64,000 nucleotides of DNA from Eledone cirrhosa. Lineage: Eukaryota. The notes below the pieces were generated by a model. It saw nothing but the letters and a program-made list of their open reading frames with translations, searched no databases and was not told the origin of the DNA. The stretch spans positions 268,026,001 to 268,090,000 of the forward strand of contig OZ024742.1 in NCBI GenBank assembly GCA_964016885.1. Reading direction: 5' to 3'. This document shows positions 12,645 to 29,571 of the stretch, in pieces. Every line of letters starts with the position of its first letter. Within the stretch, counting starts at the first letter, position 1. The position numbers and the translations under genes are program-made.

Positions 12645-12851
12645 GATAAGTATGTACACGTACATACATATATGTATACAGACGTACAGTAGTATGTATA
12701 TATATATATATATATGCACACACATATATATGTACGTATGGATTCACCGAACATTTATTATAATGCGCGCTGTGTTTGTAAACAAACATCCCGTATTAAG
12801 CCGTAGTGTCTAGCAACCATTGTTGCTCGTTTGTGCAACACTAACAAAGGA

Positions 12852-12894
12852 ACGCTGTAATACTTTCAAGCTTATTAGCTATCGTCAGCAACGT
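12852..12894 (-). ncRNA. Minimal type I HHR in a ~345-bp element (12735-13080)
   Basis: acgttg CTGACGA t-agct-aata-agct-t GAAA G ta TTA cagcgt; 6-bp helix I. A related end fragment lies at ~19698-19758. Confidence 0.72.
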
Positions 12895-13077
12895 ATACCT
12901 TCCTGCCAGATTGTTGAATGTCTGAAATTATATACTTTCCTTATGCATATTAACGGCTGAGTAGCCCAATTCCCATACAGCCGTACTAAGAGTGAGAAAT
13001 GAAATTTCGTTTCATTTTTTCCGTTTATCGTTTTCGGTGCACCCGGCCGATTAACCCATTCGATATGCAAATTTTGG

Positions 13078-13186
<109 letters not shown>

Positions 13187-13266
13187 CATCTATACATATA
13201 TATATATACATATATACATATATATATACATATATACATCTAGACATATATATGTATATATATACA

Positions 13267-13342
<76 letters not shown>

Positions 13343-13347
<5 letters not shown>

Positions 13348-14376
13348 TATGAAGAGAGAAGAAACATTTAGATATAATTAGTAATAAAATGTATCATACC
13401 TAAACTGCTTCTAGATTCCTCGACAACGTAGTTTCGTGGCATAAACAAAAACAATATATCATAAAGATATAGAGTCCTTGCGAGGTCTGCCGACTTATCA
13501 AGAGGATACCTCATTTTACTAGTCTCAAGAACGCGTCTACACGACGTGAGAAAGAAACCCAAAAGGCGGAGGGGGAGATAGTCACGCGATATAACGGTCG
13601 AGAAACAGAGCTAAGCCTCTTATAACCCCGAAGAAAATACCACGGAGGCGGAGGGGGTATTTATATCGAAGCCGTAGAAGAGGTGGTGAAGGAGGAGAGA
13701 AGTATGAGTAATGGAAGCTTTCCATGCGGATGCATTCATGTATATGTGTGTGTCCGCATGTATCTGTGTGTTTCTAAATATATTGTTAATAACTCCCTCT
13801 GGTCGAGCAATCTTTGAAGTGTGGGGACAGCTGGAAAGCTTCCATTACTCATACTTCTCGCCTCCTTCACCACCTCTTCTACGGCTTCGATATAAATACC
13901 CCCTCCGCCTCCGTGGTATTTTCTTGGGGGTTATAAGAGGCTTAGCTCTGTTGCTCGAACGTTATATCGCGTGACTATCTCCCCCTCCGCCTTTTGGGAT
14001 TCTTTCTCACGTCGTGTAGACGCGTTCTTGAGACTAGTAAAATGAGGTATCCTCTTGATAAGTCGGCAGACCTCGCAAGGACTCTATATCTTTATGATAT
14101 ATTGTTTTTGTTTATGCCACGAAACTACGTAGTCGAGGAATCTAGAAGCAGTTTAGGTATGATACATTTTATTACTAATTATATCTAAATGTTTCTTCTC
14201 TCTTCATAATGTATTTTTAACTCTGATACTGGTTCAGTCTAGTTCAACTGGATTGGTCTGTCCCAGTCATTCATTGAGCAACATCGGTGAAGTTGGCACC
14301 CTTAACTCACAGTTGGGTGCGGATGCATTCATGTATATGTGTGTGTCCGCATGTATCTGTGTGTTTCTAAATATAT

Positions 14377-14380
<4 letters not shown>
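13343..14380. mobile_element. Non-coding HHR element with a near-perfect ~380-bp inverted duplication
   Basis: 13343-13724 is the reverse complement of 13833-14214 (hence the two identical spurious 64-aa ORFs). The end segment 13725-13787 matches 14318-14380. Confidence 0.85.
14050..14139 (+). ncRNA. Type I HHR with U3-A8 core and branched helix II (mirror copy at 13417-13506, minus)
   Basis: tcctc TTGATAA gt(c)ggca..[two hairpins]..tgccac GAAAC TACGTA GTC gagga. Confidence 0.78.
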
Positions 14381-14448
<68 letters not shown>

Positions 14449-14642
14449 TCATATTCTAATGAATATTTCCACCTCTGCGCACCTAACTTCTGCATGAACC
14501 CAGCCACCTAGCTGCTTTCTACTGCATATTGCACATTGACCACATGCCTTTACGCTTTGGCTTCCAACTAATTCACCAATCTCTCCTCTCATATCTCCTT
14601 TCCTATCTCCATCTCTTTCTTTAAGATTGGTTACCCTTGAAC

Positions 14643-14714
<72 letters not shown>

Positions 14715-14715
<1 letters not shown>

Positions 14716-15925
14716 CGAAGTAAATGTGGTAAGGAACCAGATGGTCCATAACGCACCAAAGTACTCAATACTTAGGGTAGTAGAGTGGGAAATAGGAATA
14801 AGTAGGACCCCGACGGCTGAGCTCAAGTCGCTTCGACGGCTAATTCTGGACTAAATGAAAATGTTTAGCCTGGTAATGAATAGCCGAACCTCTCAGGGGG
14901 AAATTCCATATACGGTAAAAGTGATTGTCACAAGGTTTGGTCAAAAGTTTGTTGTTAAGACACATGATTCTATCATGGCATTTTGTGGAAGGTAGTGGTA
15001 GTTGAACATGCCAATAGAAGAAAGAGGGAGAGGGAGTCGAGGAAACCCAGTCAAGAGTTGAAAGTGAAAACTACAGCAGATTCTAAGGATAGTGTATAGA
15101 AGGTCAAACAAAGTATACTAGAGAAGGGGAGAGGGGAAGTTGAAACAATAAGTAAATCTAAATGGAGTAAATATATAAAAAATATAAAAAATATAAAAAA
15201 TATAAAAAATATAAAAAATATAAAAAATATGAAAAATATGAAAAATATAAAAAATATAAAAAATATAAAAAATATAAAAAATATAAAAAATATAAAAAAA
15301 AAATTTCTGGTTACTGGTCCCTTTCCACAATCATCAAATCTCTCACTGGTACTGCTAAGCTATAGAAAAGTTTAATAGGTGGGAAGGAATACTAAATACG
15401 AGATTGTAGTGAAATACTTTTAAGAGGCCATCATTACAGGGGGGGGGGTTCTACCACCATTACAATAGTTAGTAGTAATCGGCCAAAGCTATCTTACAAT
15501 GACAGATCAACAAGTTGAGGACCAACATACTAAAAAAACTAATACGAAATGTCAATTCAGAATCCCGAAACTACTACGAAATATTAATTCAGAATCCCGA
15601 AACATGAATACTAATACAATATATATAAGTACTGCTACAATACATAAATTCTAATACAATCTACATAAATACTCATACAATATATATAAAAAAACTAATA
15701 CAATATATATATGAAAAACTAATACGAAAAATTAATTCAGAATCCCAAAAAATAAATACTAATATACGAGAAACTAAAGCAGAAATACCACTAAGAAATC
15801 TAGAAATCACGGAAATAGGGCATCAAGCAATAAGAAAGCAAGTATCTGGGGTCTAGCACATCTGCTATAAAAAGCGTAATCGGCCAATTCTATCATAAAA
15901 TAAGGGGGGTGGGTACTGATGCTAC
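14715..15925 (-). mobile_element. 3' UTR/pLTR of a relative of the 6921-8788 PLE; degenerate HHR at 14808-14900; 9-bp repeat at 15170-15300
   Basis: 14715-14900 aligns with 6921-7107; (aaaaatata)n has about 14 copies. Confidence 0.75.
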
Positions 15926-16039
15926 ATGTATATATATGTATATATATATACATATATATAGTTACAACTATACATAGATATATATATATACATATATATA
16001 CATATATACATCTATACATATATATATATATATATATAT

Positions 16040-16201
16040 GAAAAAGTAAGACTCCGACGGATGAGCTCAGAAACAGCTGTCGAAACGGCTTGAGCTCTGC
16101 CGTCGGGGTCTTACTTTTTCCTATTTCCCACCCTACTACGCTAAATATTGAGTACACCGGTGCGTTATGGTCCAATTGGTTCCTTACCACAATTCCTTTG
16201 T
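16040..16201 (+). mobile_element. Terminal pLTR fragment of the same family with a short inverted 5' piece
   Basis: gtaagactccgacgg..gagctc pairs with gagctc..ccgtcggggtcttac. The remainder is the reverse complement of 6921-7045. Confidence 0.75.
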
Positions 16202-16213
16202 TATATATATATA

Positions 16214-16313
<100 letters not shown>

Positions 16314-16407
16314 ACATTTATATCTATATATCTCTCTATATATATATACATCTATATATATATATATATACATCTATATATATATATGCATATATATATA
16401 TATATAT

Positions 16408-16852
16408 AAAATCCCTGATCAGCAAAACCTACCCTTTTAAGAAAACCCACTGTACTAATAGGAAATGTATCATATGTAAGGTAAACCCCCGGATAAACTG
16501 TAAAACTAGAAACGTAGTCTATAGCATAAGATGTACAGAGGGTACTTGCAGAAACATGACAAAAACATACATAGGCGAGACAGCTCGTAGCATAGGTAAA
16601 AGGATAGACCAACACTGGGGGGAACTAAAAGGACGAAAAAACGGGTCAGTACTATACGAACAGGCCAGACAATAACACGACGGTAACATAGACAACATAG
16701 AAATTAGAATAATATCTAAAGATAGAAATGACCCAGCAGATAGGCAAATCAGAGAGGCCAGTGAAATAGAACTTAGAAGGCCAAGACTAAACAGAAAGAA
16801 TGAATGGAATAACAACAACACCCAATCAAACAACACTGACCTAAGAGAAGTA

Positions 16853-16887
<35 letters not shown>

Positions 16888-17389
16888 ATACATACACAAG
16901 CACAATAACAACAAACACATATAAACACACACTAGTCACCCAATCATGAACACACATCAAACAAAACACTATACACACACGCAAACGCATGCGCAAAGAA
17001 GACAAATAAAATGAACAAACAAACAAATAAATAAATAAATATATAGCCAGACTAAATAAAAATGGCGTAGACATACAATGCAACGGGAGGAAACAATAGC
17101 ACCACTGACGATGTTGCAGATGTACAACGAAAGAACTCTGATAAACTATATATATGTGTTTGTGTCTATATTGTATCTGTATTATTTTTGACCGCCGGTC
17201 AGTCAATGGCAACATTGAGGACCGAATAAATTAGATTACCGATATAAAAGACACAGAAGCGAAAAGCGAAAACCAACCAAACAGTGAGTGTGTTCTGTTA
17301 TTAATTCTGGCAATATTACACAAATATGACCCACCCCAAGTATAACAATATTTGTTTCGACACACGATTTCATATAAAAAACCTCGCAA

Positions 17390-17393
<4 letters not shown>
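16408..17393 (+). mobile_element. Nematis-like PLE, subfamily A, 3' fragment (Cys linker, GIY-YIG, pLTR with HHR at 17101-17142)
   Basis: [44 protein letters not shown]: acca CTGACGA t-gttg..caac GAAA G aa CTC tgat. Confidence 0.85.
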
Positions 17394-17434
<41 letters not shown>

Positions 17435-17502
17435 TATACATATATACATATACATATATATATATATAAATATATATATATATACATATATACATATATA
17501 TA

Positions 17503-18065
17503 CTCTTTTTTACACTTTTACTATTTTACCTGTTCCAGCCATCCGGCCGAGGCCAAGCTGGGGCACCACCCTTCTTGCTACACATTTTATCTCCAGCCAG
17601 TATTGGTTGGCCACTGATACAATAGTGAGTTCGTTGTTGCTGCCCTTAGCGTTCCCTTGTGCCATGCTGTGGGCTCATCTGGGATCCTGGATAGCAAAGT
17701 GTCGAGATGTTTCTTGAATACTTCCACATACAGACCATGCAGATCTCTGAGATCCTTCGGCAGCTTATTGAAGAGTTGAGGGCCTTGAACCCCAGGCTAT
17801 TGCAATATCTGCTCCTTATTCTAGATGTGGAATACGGGACATTTGGCACCACACAGTGACGTCCTGTTCGACTTTTTGTCTGCTCCCAATGCCAAGATTT
17901 GGTGTTAGTCGCACCAGGATATTCCACATGTAGATCACTGCGTATCTCTCCCGCCTTCGTTCCAAGGAGTAGAGATACAGTTATTTTAGCTTCTCCCTGT
18001 AGCTTATCACCTTCATGGTCGCAATCCTCTTGGTGTAGATTCGCTGGATTGCCTCAAGCTCTGTT
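17503..18065 (-). mobile_element. CR1-type LINE 3' end
   Basis: [63 protein letters not shown], with frameshifts. Confidence 0.8.
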
Positions 18066-19511
<1,446 letters not shown>

Positions 19512-19570
19512 TACATATATATATACATATACATATACGTATATACATATATATATACATATACTTGTAC

Positions 19571-19646
<76 letters not shown>

Positions 19647-19776
19647 TTATATACATATATGTATATATATACATATATATATATACATATATATATATTG
19701 TTTACAAACGAACAAAGCGGGCGCTATAATAAGCGTCCGCTAAACTGATGCGTACATATCTGTATGTGTACATGTA

Positions 19777-19844
<68 letters not shown>

Positions 19845-20200
19845 TATATACATATATATATATATACATATGGCGCAAAACCAATTTTTTATCCACATGA
19901 CCTCTACCGAGCAATCAAAATTGTTTTGACCAAGAATTTTTGCTGGAGCCACTTTTTTAACATAAAAACAGGTAGAATTCCCCAAACTAATCAGATCAGA
20001 GCAAACAGCACGGACACTCTATCTCAAAATTATTTTTGAAAAGCATTTAGAAATGCGCAACCGATAAAAACTTAAAAACTTAAAACCACAACTGAATACT
20101 AACCCATACAATCATTAATACTCTTTTATTCCTAATTAAACCATTTTTCAACTGTGAACAATTTCTCAGCATTTTCTATTCCGTTTACCAATATATATAC

Positions 20201-20237
<37 letters not shown>

Positions 20238-20252
20238 CATATATACATACAT

Positions 20253-20335
<83 letters not shown>

Positions 20336-20350
20336 TATACATATATATAT

Positions 20351-20884
20351 ATAACATTTATATCTCTATATCTCTCTATATATATACATATATATATATA
20401 TACATCTATATATATATATAAGCATATATATATATATATAAAATCCCTGATCAGCAAAACCTACCCTTTTAAGAAAACCCACTGTACTAATAGGAAATGT
20501 ATCATATGTAAGGTAAACACCCGGATAAACTGTAAAACTAGAAACGTAGTCTATAGCATAAGATGTACAGAGGGTACTTGCAGAAACATGACAACAACAT
20601 ACATAGGCGAGACAGCTCGTAGCATAGGTAAAAGGATAGATCAACACTGGGGGGAACTAAAAGGACGAAAAAACGGGTCAGTACTATACGAACATGCCAG
20701 ACAGAAATACGATGGTAACATAGACAACATAGAAATTAGAATAATATCTAAACATAGAAATGAGCCATCAGATAGGCAATTCAGAGAGGCCAGTGAAATA
20801 GAACTTAGAAGGCCAAGACTAAACAGAAAGAATGAATGGAATAACAACAACACCCAATCAAACAACACTGACCTAAGAGAAGTA

Positions 20885-20919
<35 letters not shown>

Positions 20920-21452
20920 ATACATACACAAGCACAATAACAACAAACACATATAAACACACACTAGTCACCCAATCATGAACACACATCAAACAAAACA
21001 CTATACACACACGCAAACGCATGCGCAAAGAAGACAAATAAAATGAACAAACAAACAAATAAATAAATAAATATATAGCCAGACTAAATAAAAATGGCGT
21101 AGACATACAATGCAACGGGAGGAAACAATAGCACCACTGACGTTATTGCAGATGTACAACGAAAGAACTCTGATAAACTATATATATGTGTTTGTGTCTA
21201 TATTGTATCTGTATTATTTTTGACCGCCGGTCAGTCAATGGCAACATTGAGGACCGAATAAATTAGATTACCGATATAAAAGACACAGAAGCGAAAAGCG
21301 AAAACCAAGCAAACGGTGAGTGTGTTCTGTTATTAATTCTGGCAATATTACACAAATATGACCCACCCCAAGTATAACAATATTTTTTTCGACACACGAT
21401 TTCATATAAAAAATCTCGCAAAACTAATTCATCGCCGTTATATATATATACA

Positions 21453-21540
<88 letters not shown>

Positions 21541-23480
21541 TCTCTCTCTCTCTCCCTATATATATATATATATAGATATACATATATACATATACATATA
21601 CATATATATATAAATATATATATATATACATATATACATATATATACTCTTTTTTACACTTTTACTATTTTACCTGTTCCAGCCATCCGGCCGATGCCAA
21701 GCTGGGGCACCACCCTTCTTGCTACACATTTTATCTCCAGCCAGTATTGGTTGGCCACTGATACAATAGTGAGTTCGTTGCTGCTGCCCTTAGCGTTCCC
21801 TCGTTCAATGCTGTGGGCTCATCTGGGATCTCTCAGATCCTTCGGCAGCTTATTGAAGAGTTGAGGGCCTTGAACCCCAGGCTATTGCAATATCTGCTCC
21901 TTATTCTAGATGTGGAATACGGGACATTTGGCACCACACAGTGACGTCCTGTTCGACTTTTTGTCTGCTCCCAATGCCAAGATTTGGTGTTAGTCGCACC
22001 AGGATATTCCACATGTAGATCACTGCGTATCTCTCCCGCCTTCGTTCCAAGGAGTAGAGGTACAGTTATTTTAGCTTCTCCCTGTAGCTTATCACCTTCA
22101 TCGTCGCAATCCTCTTGGTGTAGATTCGCTGGTTTGCCTCAAGCTCTGTTTGCAAACACGCCAACCATAGATTATATGCACTAGACACAGAGCTCTGATT
22201 ATAAACCATTAATAACAAAAAACAATCCTCCATTCCCAATACGCCAAACCCATGCCTTCCTAATACCTGATCCACCGAAATTCAGCTGTTTCGGATCACA
22301 CCAAAATCAACATACTGATTGCGGATTTAGGAAGGGTGATGAGGAACCTGTCCCGCATGTGCAACGACAAAGAACTAGAGAGACACATACAACACTTCAT
22401 CCACCGTATGCAATTCTCTGGTTACAATCAGAGAGATAAAATCAGAGTATATATAGGAGCCAGAACCAAATGGAAAAAAATGGTAAATAATGATACAAAT
22501 GGAACCTGCCCCTTGTATAGGAGAACATTTTGTAATAGAATAGAAAGAACTAGAAATAAGATAATAAAATAATATCATGGCATGATAGCAATAAATACCA
22601 GAGTGTAATGTTCATCAATACAACCCCTAGAGGTGAACTAGCTTACAAATTTAGAAGGGCCCTAGATAAATTTAAACTAAATATTAAGTTAGAAGAAAGA
22701 CCAGGTACCTCCATAAAAACACTTATTAGTAATACATACCCTTTTCAAAGACTTCCCTGTATAGATAGGCCCCATATTAACTGTAAAACTAGAAACATAG
22801 TAGATAGCATAAGATACACTGAGGGACAATGTAAAGATAAGAATATAATGTACATATGTGAGACAGCTCGTAGCATAGGAGAATGATTAAATGAACACTG
22901 GCTAGAAATCCAAGATAGAATAGACTCATCAGTACTCCACCAACATGCTAAAATTGAACATAAGAGCAAATTAGAGAACATAAAAAAAAAAATTTAATCT
23001 ACACACAGAAAAGACGCAATGTTTAGACATATCACAGAGGCAATAAACATAAATAAACTCCAACCAAAATTAAATAGAAAACATGAATAGAATAGCAACA
23101 TCACAACTCACAATTAAGGACGAAATGAAAACACACACACATAGCACAAACAATTAACTAGTAACATATAAATAAACAAATAAATAAACAAATAAAAACA
23201 CACACAGACACCCGGCTGTAACACATGCACGAACTACGTACCCAACACACACAAAAACAAGATAGTGTAGGACAGAATAAAAGAGAGGCACAAAACAAAG
23301 AAAAGAATGCCCAGTCACTGAAGAGGTCACAGAATGTTTGACGATAGAATTTTGACAATATATGAACAACCGTCCGGTTGTGGAACCAACCAACCGACCG
23401 GAAATTTATAATACATTGAAGTTAAAACAATTGGTGCGTGTGTTTCTTATAGGGCAACATGACCCTCACAAAGTATAACA
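20351..23480 (+). repeat. Second copy of block 16312-19398 (PLE-A, CR1, PLE-B)
   Basis: Same order, junctions and truncation points, with scattered substitutions and indels. Confidence 0.92.
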
Positions 23481-23492
23481 TTATGTATATAA

Positions 23493-23549
<57 letters not shown>

Positions 23550-23579
23550 TACATATATATATATACATATACTTATACG

Positions 23580-23630
<51 letters not shown>

Positions 23631-23656
23631 TTATATACATATATGTATATATATAC

Positions 23657-23709
<53 letters not shown>

Positions 23710-23716
23710 TAAATAC

Positions 23717-23779
<63 letters not shown>

Positions 23780-23796
23780 CACATATATATAGATAC

Positions 23797-23827
<31 letters not shown>

Positions 23828-23866
23828 CATATATATATACATATATATATACATATATACATACAT

Positions 23867-25744
<1,878 letters not shown>

Positions 25745-25746
<2 letters not shown>

Positions 25747-26658
25747 TAAAAAATTTAACAGGGACAGAACAGAGAGGCAGTACGACAAATGTTTATTAGA
25801 TTCACGCTCAGGAGAGTGGGGGGGGGGGGGTAGGTGGAGGACGACGTTTCGGGCATAAGCCCTTCTTCAGGTAAGAGTTCAAAAGGTGTGTAGGGGAGTG
25901 GTGGAGAGACATATAGCGAAAGGAAACGGTGCGAATGAAAAATTAACAAATAAAGACAAAAATATAATAAATAATAAATAAAAATAAAGCATGATCAAAA
26001 TACAAGGAATGAGAACATTTAAAAATAAAGGCATGATCAAAATAAACTGAAATTAAAAGGGGGGTAAACAGGTGGTGGAAGGGTGTGGGGTGAGTAGAGG
26101 TGTTGGCGGGTGGAGTGGGGAGAGGGAGACGGGGTGTCCGAGCGGGGAGGGCTGAAGGTGGTGTGTGTGGTTAGGTGTGCGTGTGTGTGTGTGTGTGTGT
26201 ATGTGAAAGTGAGGGTTGGCGGAAGAACGGGGTTACATGTTCAGGAAGGTGTGTGTGGGGAGAGGAATCAGGGGGCTGAGGGTGTAAATATGTGGTGGGA
26301 AGCACGTGTGTGTGGTTTAAGCGTGTTGTGGGTGTGGGTGTGGGTGGCGTGTGGATAAAAAAATTTGTTTTGGGATGTGTGTGTGGGTGAGTTATATAGG
26401 TGATGGTGTTAGAGGATGGTTGAAAAGTGGTAAGTTACACGGATGTATGGAGATTTTGGTTGGAAGTCAAAACGCGTGTGGGTAATCCAAGAAGCGGTGG
26501 TCGGAAGAGGAGAGATGTGGGGTGCGCGCGCAACAGGAAGTGGTCAGCAGTGGGAGTTCTGTGGTCAGTGGGTGCTGAGACAGTGGTCGGAAGGGCATAG
26601 CAGCAGTCAGCGGAATGGTAGGGAGGCGAGGATGGGTACGTGTGAGAGTTGGAGTGAG

Positions 26659-26692
<34 letters not shown>

Positions 26693-27930
26693 TAGTAGGG
26701 GTGTTAGTGTGATGAGTGAGTGTGGAGTGGGGAGAGAAGGGTGTGTGTGGTTCTATGGAGGGAGTGTGGTGTACTGGTGTGTGTGTAGTTTGGTGAGGAG
26801 GTGTTAGTGGGTGTTAGTAGACGGGAGGTGGGGAGGGGTGGAATGCAGGTGTGAGTGGGGGTTAGTGGCGGTAGGGTGTGTAGAGTTGGTGGTGTACGAG
26901 GGTGTGTGGGTACGTGTGCGTGGGGTTGGAGGGTGTTAGTGATGTTAGTTGCGTGTGGGGTGGGTGGTGTAAGTGTGTGCGTGTGATAAGGAGGGGGGAG
27001 GAGGAGAAGAGGGGAGGGAAGGGATGTTAGTATGTTAGTTGGGGAAGGGTGGTTAGATGAGGGGTGGAGTGGGGGTGTTAGTATTGTTAGTGTGGGGTGG
27101 GCGGTGAAAAGGAGGGGTGTGTTAGTGGTGTTAGTGGGGGATAAGTGGGGGAGGGGGGCGGTCGAACGCTAAAGGAATAAGGGTGGGGAGTTCAGGCCGG
27201 GGGGGGGGGGTCTGTAAGATGAAGATAGTACGTTGTTCGACCGTGAGGCGATGGGCGGGTGTTCCGTGGCACTGGAGTAGGCCACAGACTGTGAGATGGT
27301 GTGCGGAGTGTCCAGGGCCACCAAAGTGGCGGGCGATGGGGGAACTGCCCCCGAGACGAATGTCCCGGAGGTGCTCCGTGACTCGGTCCGCCAGGCGGCG
27401 TCCCGTCTGTCCGACATAAGTCGCGCTGCACCTCGTGCAACGAAGTCCGTAGACTAGGTTGGAGGAGGTGCAGCGGAAGGCATGCCGGACCGAGAGAGGG
27501 TGGCCGTTGGGACCCTGGAAGGTGGTGGTGTTGGTGATGTGGGGACAGGTGTTGCAGCGGGGCCTAGAACAGGGGAAGGAACCGGGGGGGAAACGGAGCG
27601 TGGGTTGGGGGGTAGGGAGCTGTGGACGAGGAGGGTGCGGAGATTGCGTGCGCGTATGAAGGAGGGGAGTGGTGGGGTTGGGAAGATGTGGGAGGTGGAG
27701 GGGTCGGACTGGAGGTGTCGGAAGAGGCGGCGGAAGGTGCGGTGGAGGGGTAAGGTGGAGGGGTGGTAGGTGATGGGGAATGGGAGACGGTGGGTGGGTG
27801 TGCGGTGGCGTGGGGTGAGGGTGGTAGAGCGGGGGATAGCACGGGCGCGGGTGAGAGCGGTGTGGACGAGAGAGGGGGGTGGGGGGTAACCTCTGCGGAT
27901 GAAATGGCTGACTAGGGAAAGCGCATCGAA
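25745..27930 (-). mobile_element. Neptune-like PLE, 5'-truncated
   Basis: HFIRRGYP thumb motif; PGSFPCSRPRCNTCPHI..FRCTSSNLVYGLRCTRCSATYVGQTGRRLADRVTEH (ORF 27131..27970). The 3' UTR is C/A-rich. Confidence 0.88.
25840..25872 (-). ncRNA. Minimal PLE HHR core
   Basis: CTGAAGA a-gggc-ttat-gccc GAAACGTC; helix I pairing is not evident. Confidence 0.6.
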
Positions 27931-28216
27931 ATATATATAGCAGTAAATAAAGGATTATGTGTTCATGCAATTGACTTATGTTTCGTCACTATATATATAT
28001 ATAGATTGAAAACTTAATTCGTTTTGTGATATTTCCCAATTTTGCAATATTACACATACTGAATTCATCCGCCAAAAATAAGGGTTGCCTCCCTTGCCTA
28101 GCCCCACGTGGATATTGGTAATGGTTAATTCTTGGCCTGGCACTTGAACTAAAACCTGTTGAGAAAGTGACTTCCTTGTTCAATCATCTTACCAAAAGCT
28201 TAACATTATGTGTCTA

Positions 28217-28401
28217 GGGTGGTGGATTGGCAGTATCGGTAGAGGGTCGGACGCCATGCTTTCCAGCATAGTTACGTCCCTTTACGATCTGAGTTCAAAT
28301 CCCGCCGAGGTTGACTTTGCCTTTCATCCTTATGGGGTCGATAAAATAAAGTACCAGTAATGCACTGGGTAATTGCTGGCCTTGTGTCAAAAGTAGAAAC
28401 A
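28217..28401 (+). mobile_element. tRNA-derived SINE with Nin/Deu-like core and 12-bp TSD
   Basis: A-box-like tggcagtatcgg, B-box gagttcaaatcc, core gcctttcatcc..ggtcgataaaataaagtaccag. TSD attatgtgtcta at 28205 and 28402. Confidence 0.88.
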
Positions 28402-28704
28402 ATTATGTGTCTAAGCGGATAATACTTGATTTAGGAGCCGCAGGAACCCAAATGCTGGATTTTCACAAACCATCCAGGGTCCGGGTAAATTTGTCAATCA
28501 TATTTTTTTTTATTTGTTTGACCCGAATTACTTGGTCGTTTCTATGGCTGTGCGGATAATGGTTTAACCATCGTCTCGGTGTGTTTGGCCTTTTAACGTA
28601 TGTTGTAGCTCTGGTTTGTTACAATCTATTGAGCGCTTGCCACACATCTCGGAAGATGTTTTTCGCTAATTTCCAATAGCCGAAATACGATTATCGGTAA
28701 TTTA

Positions 28705-28748
<44 letters not shown>

Positions 28749-28940
28749 TATATACATGTATAGAGAATATTTTAGTATCGTGAGAGAGTAGAAATTTTAA
28801 AGGGATAAGCGATACATATAGTTAGTTGTCATAAGCTGGTACATTTGTGCCCAATACTTGTGCATACAGGGTTAAATACCGGAGGCGTTAAAATTTAGTT
28901 GGTGAGAATATAAGAAGAGCGGTTAGAAATGAAATAATTA

Positions 28941-29020
28941 CGAAAGAGAATACAGACTGTTAGAACATGTTTATACAATAACATTGTATAAACATGTACT
29001 AATAGTCTGTATTCTCTTTC
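28941..29020. repeat. ~80-bp imperfect palindrome
   Basis: cgaaagagaatacagact..acatgtttatacaat / attgtataaacatgt..agtctgtattctctttcg. Confidence 0.85.
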
Positions 29021-29027
29021 GGAATTC

Positions 29028-29132
<105 letters not shown>

Positions 29133-29159
29133 CGTATATACATATATATATACGTATAT

Positions 29160-29244
<85 letters not shown>

Positions 29245-29394
29245 TACACACATATATATATATATGTGTATATATATATTTAGAGAGAGAGAGTGATATA
29301 TATATATATATATATATACATATATATATACATATATATATATATATACACATACATACATACATACATATATATATATTCATATATATATATA

Positions 29395-29434
<40 letters not shown>

Positions 29435-29444
29435 TATATATATT

Positions 29445-29492
29445 TAGAGAGAGAGAGAAAGAGAGAGTGAGTGAGTGAGTGAGTGAGTGAGT

Positions 29493-29568
<76 letters not shown>
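29445..29568. repeat. (GA)n/(GAGT)n microsatellite
   Basis: Directly visible. Confidence 0.95.

Positions 29569-29571
<3 letters not shown>

Noticed and set aside
13368-14188. Two identical 64-aa ORFs as a duplicated gene
   Set aside because: A by-product of the inverted repeat, with a non-ATG start and no recognisable domain.
27960-27990. HHR 3' half (GAAAC ataa GTC) on the minus strand
   Set aside because: The CUGANGA half is missing, cut off by a TA run, so it cannot be confirmed.
28217-28300. tRNA gene
   Set aside because: The A/B boxes belong to a SINE head with core, tail and TSD; there is no cloverleaf.
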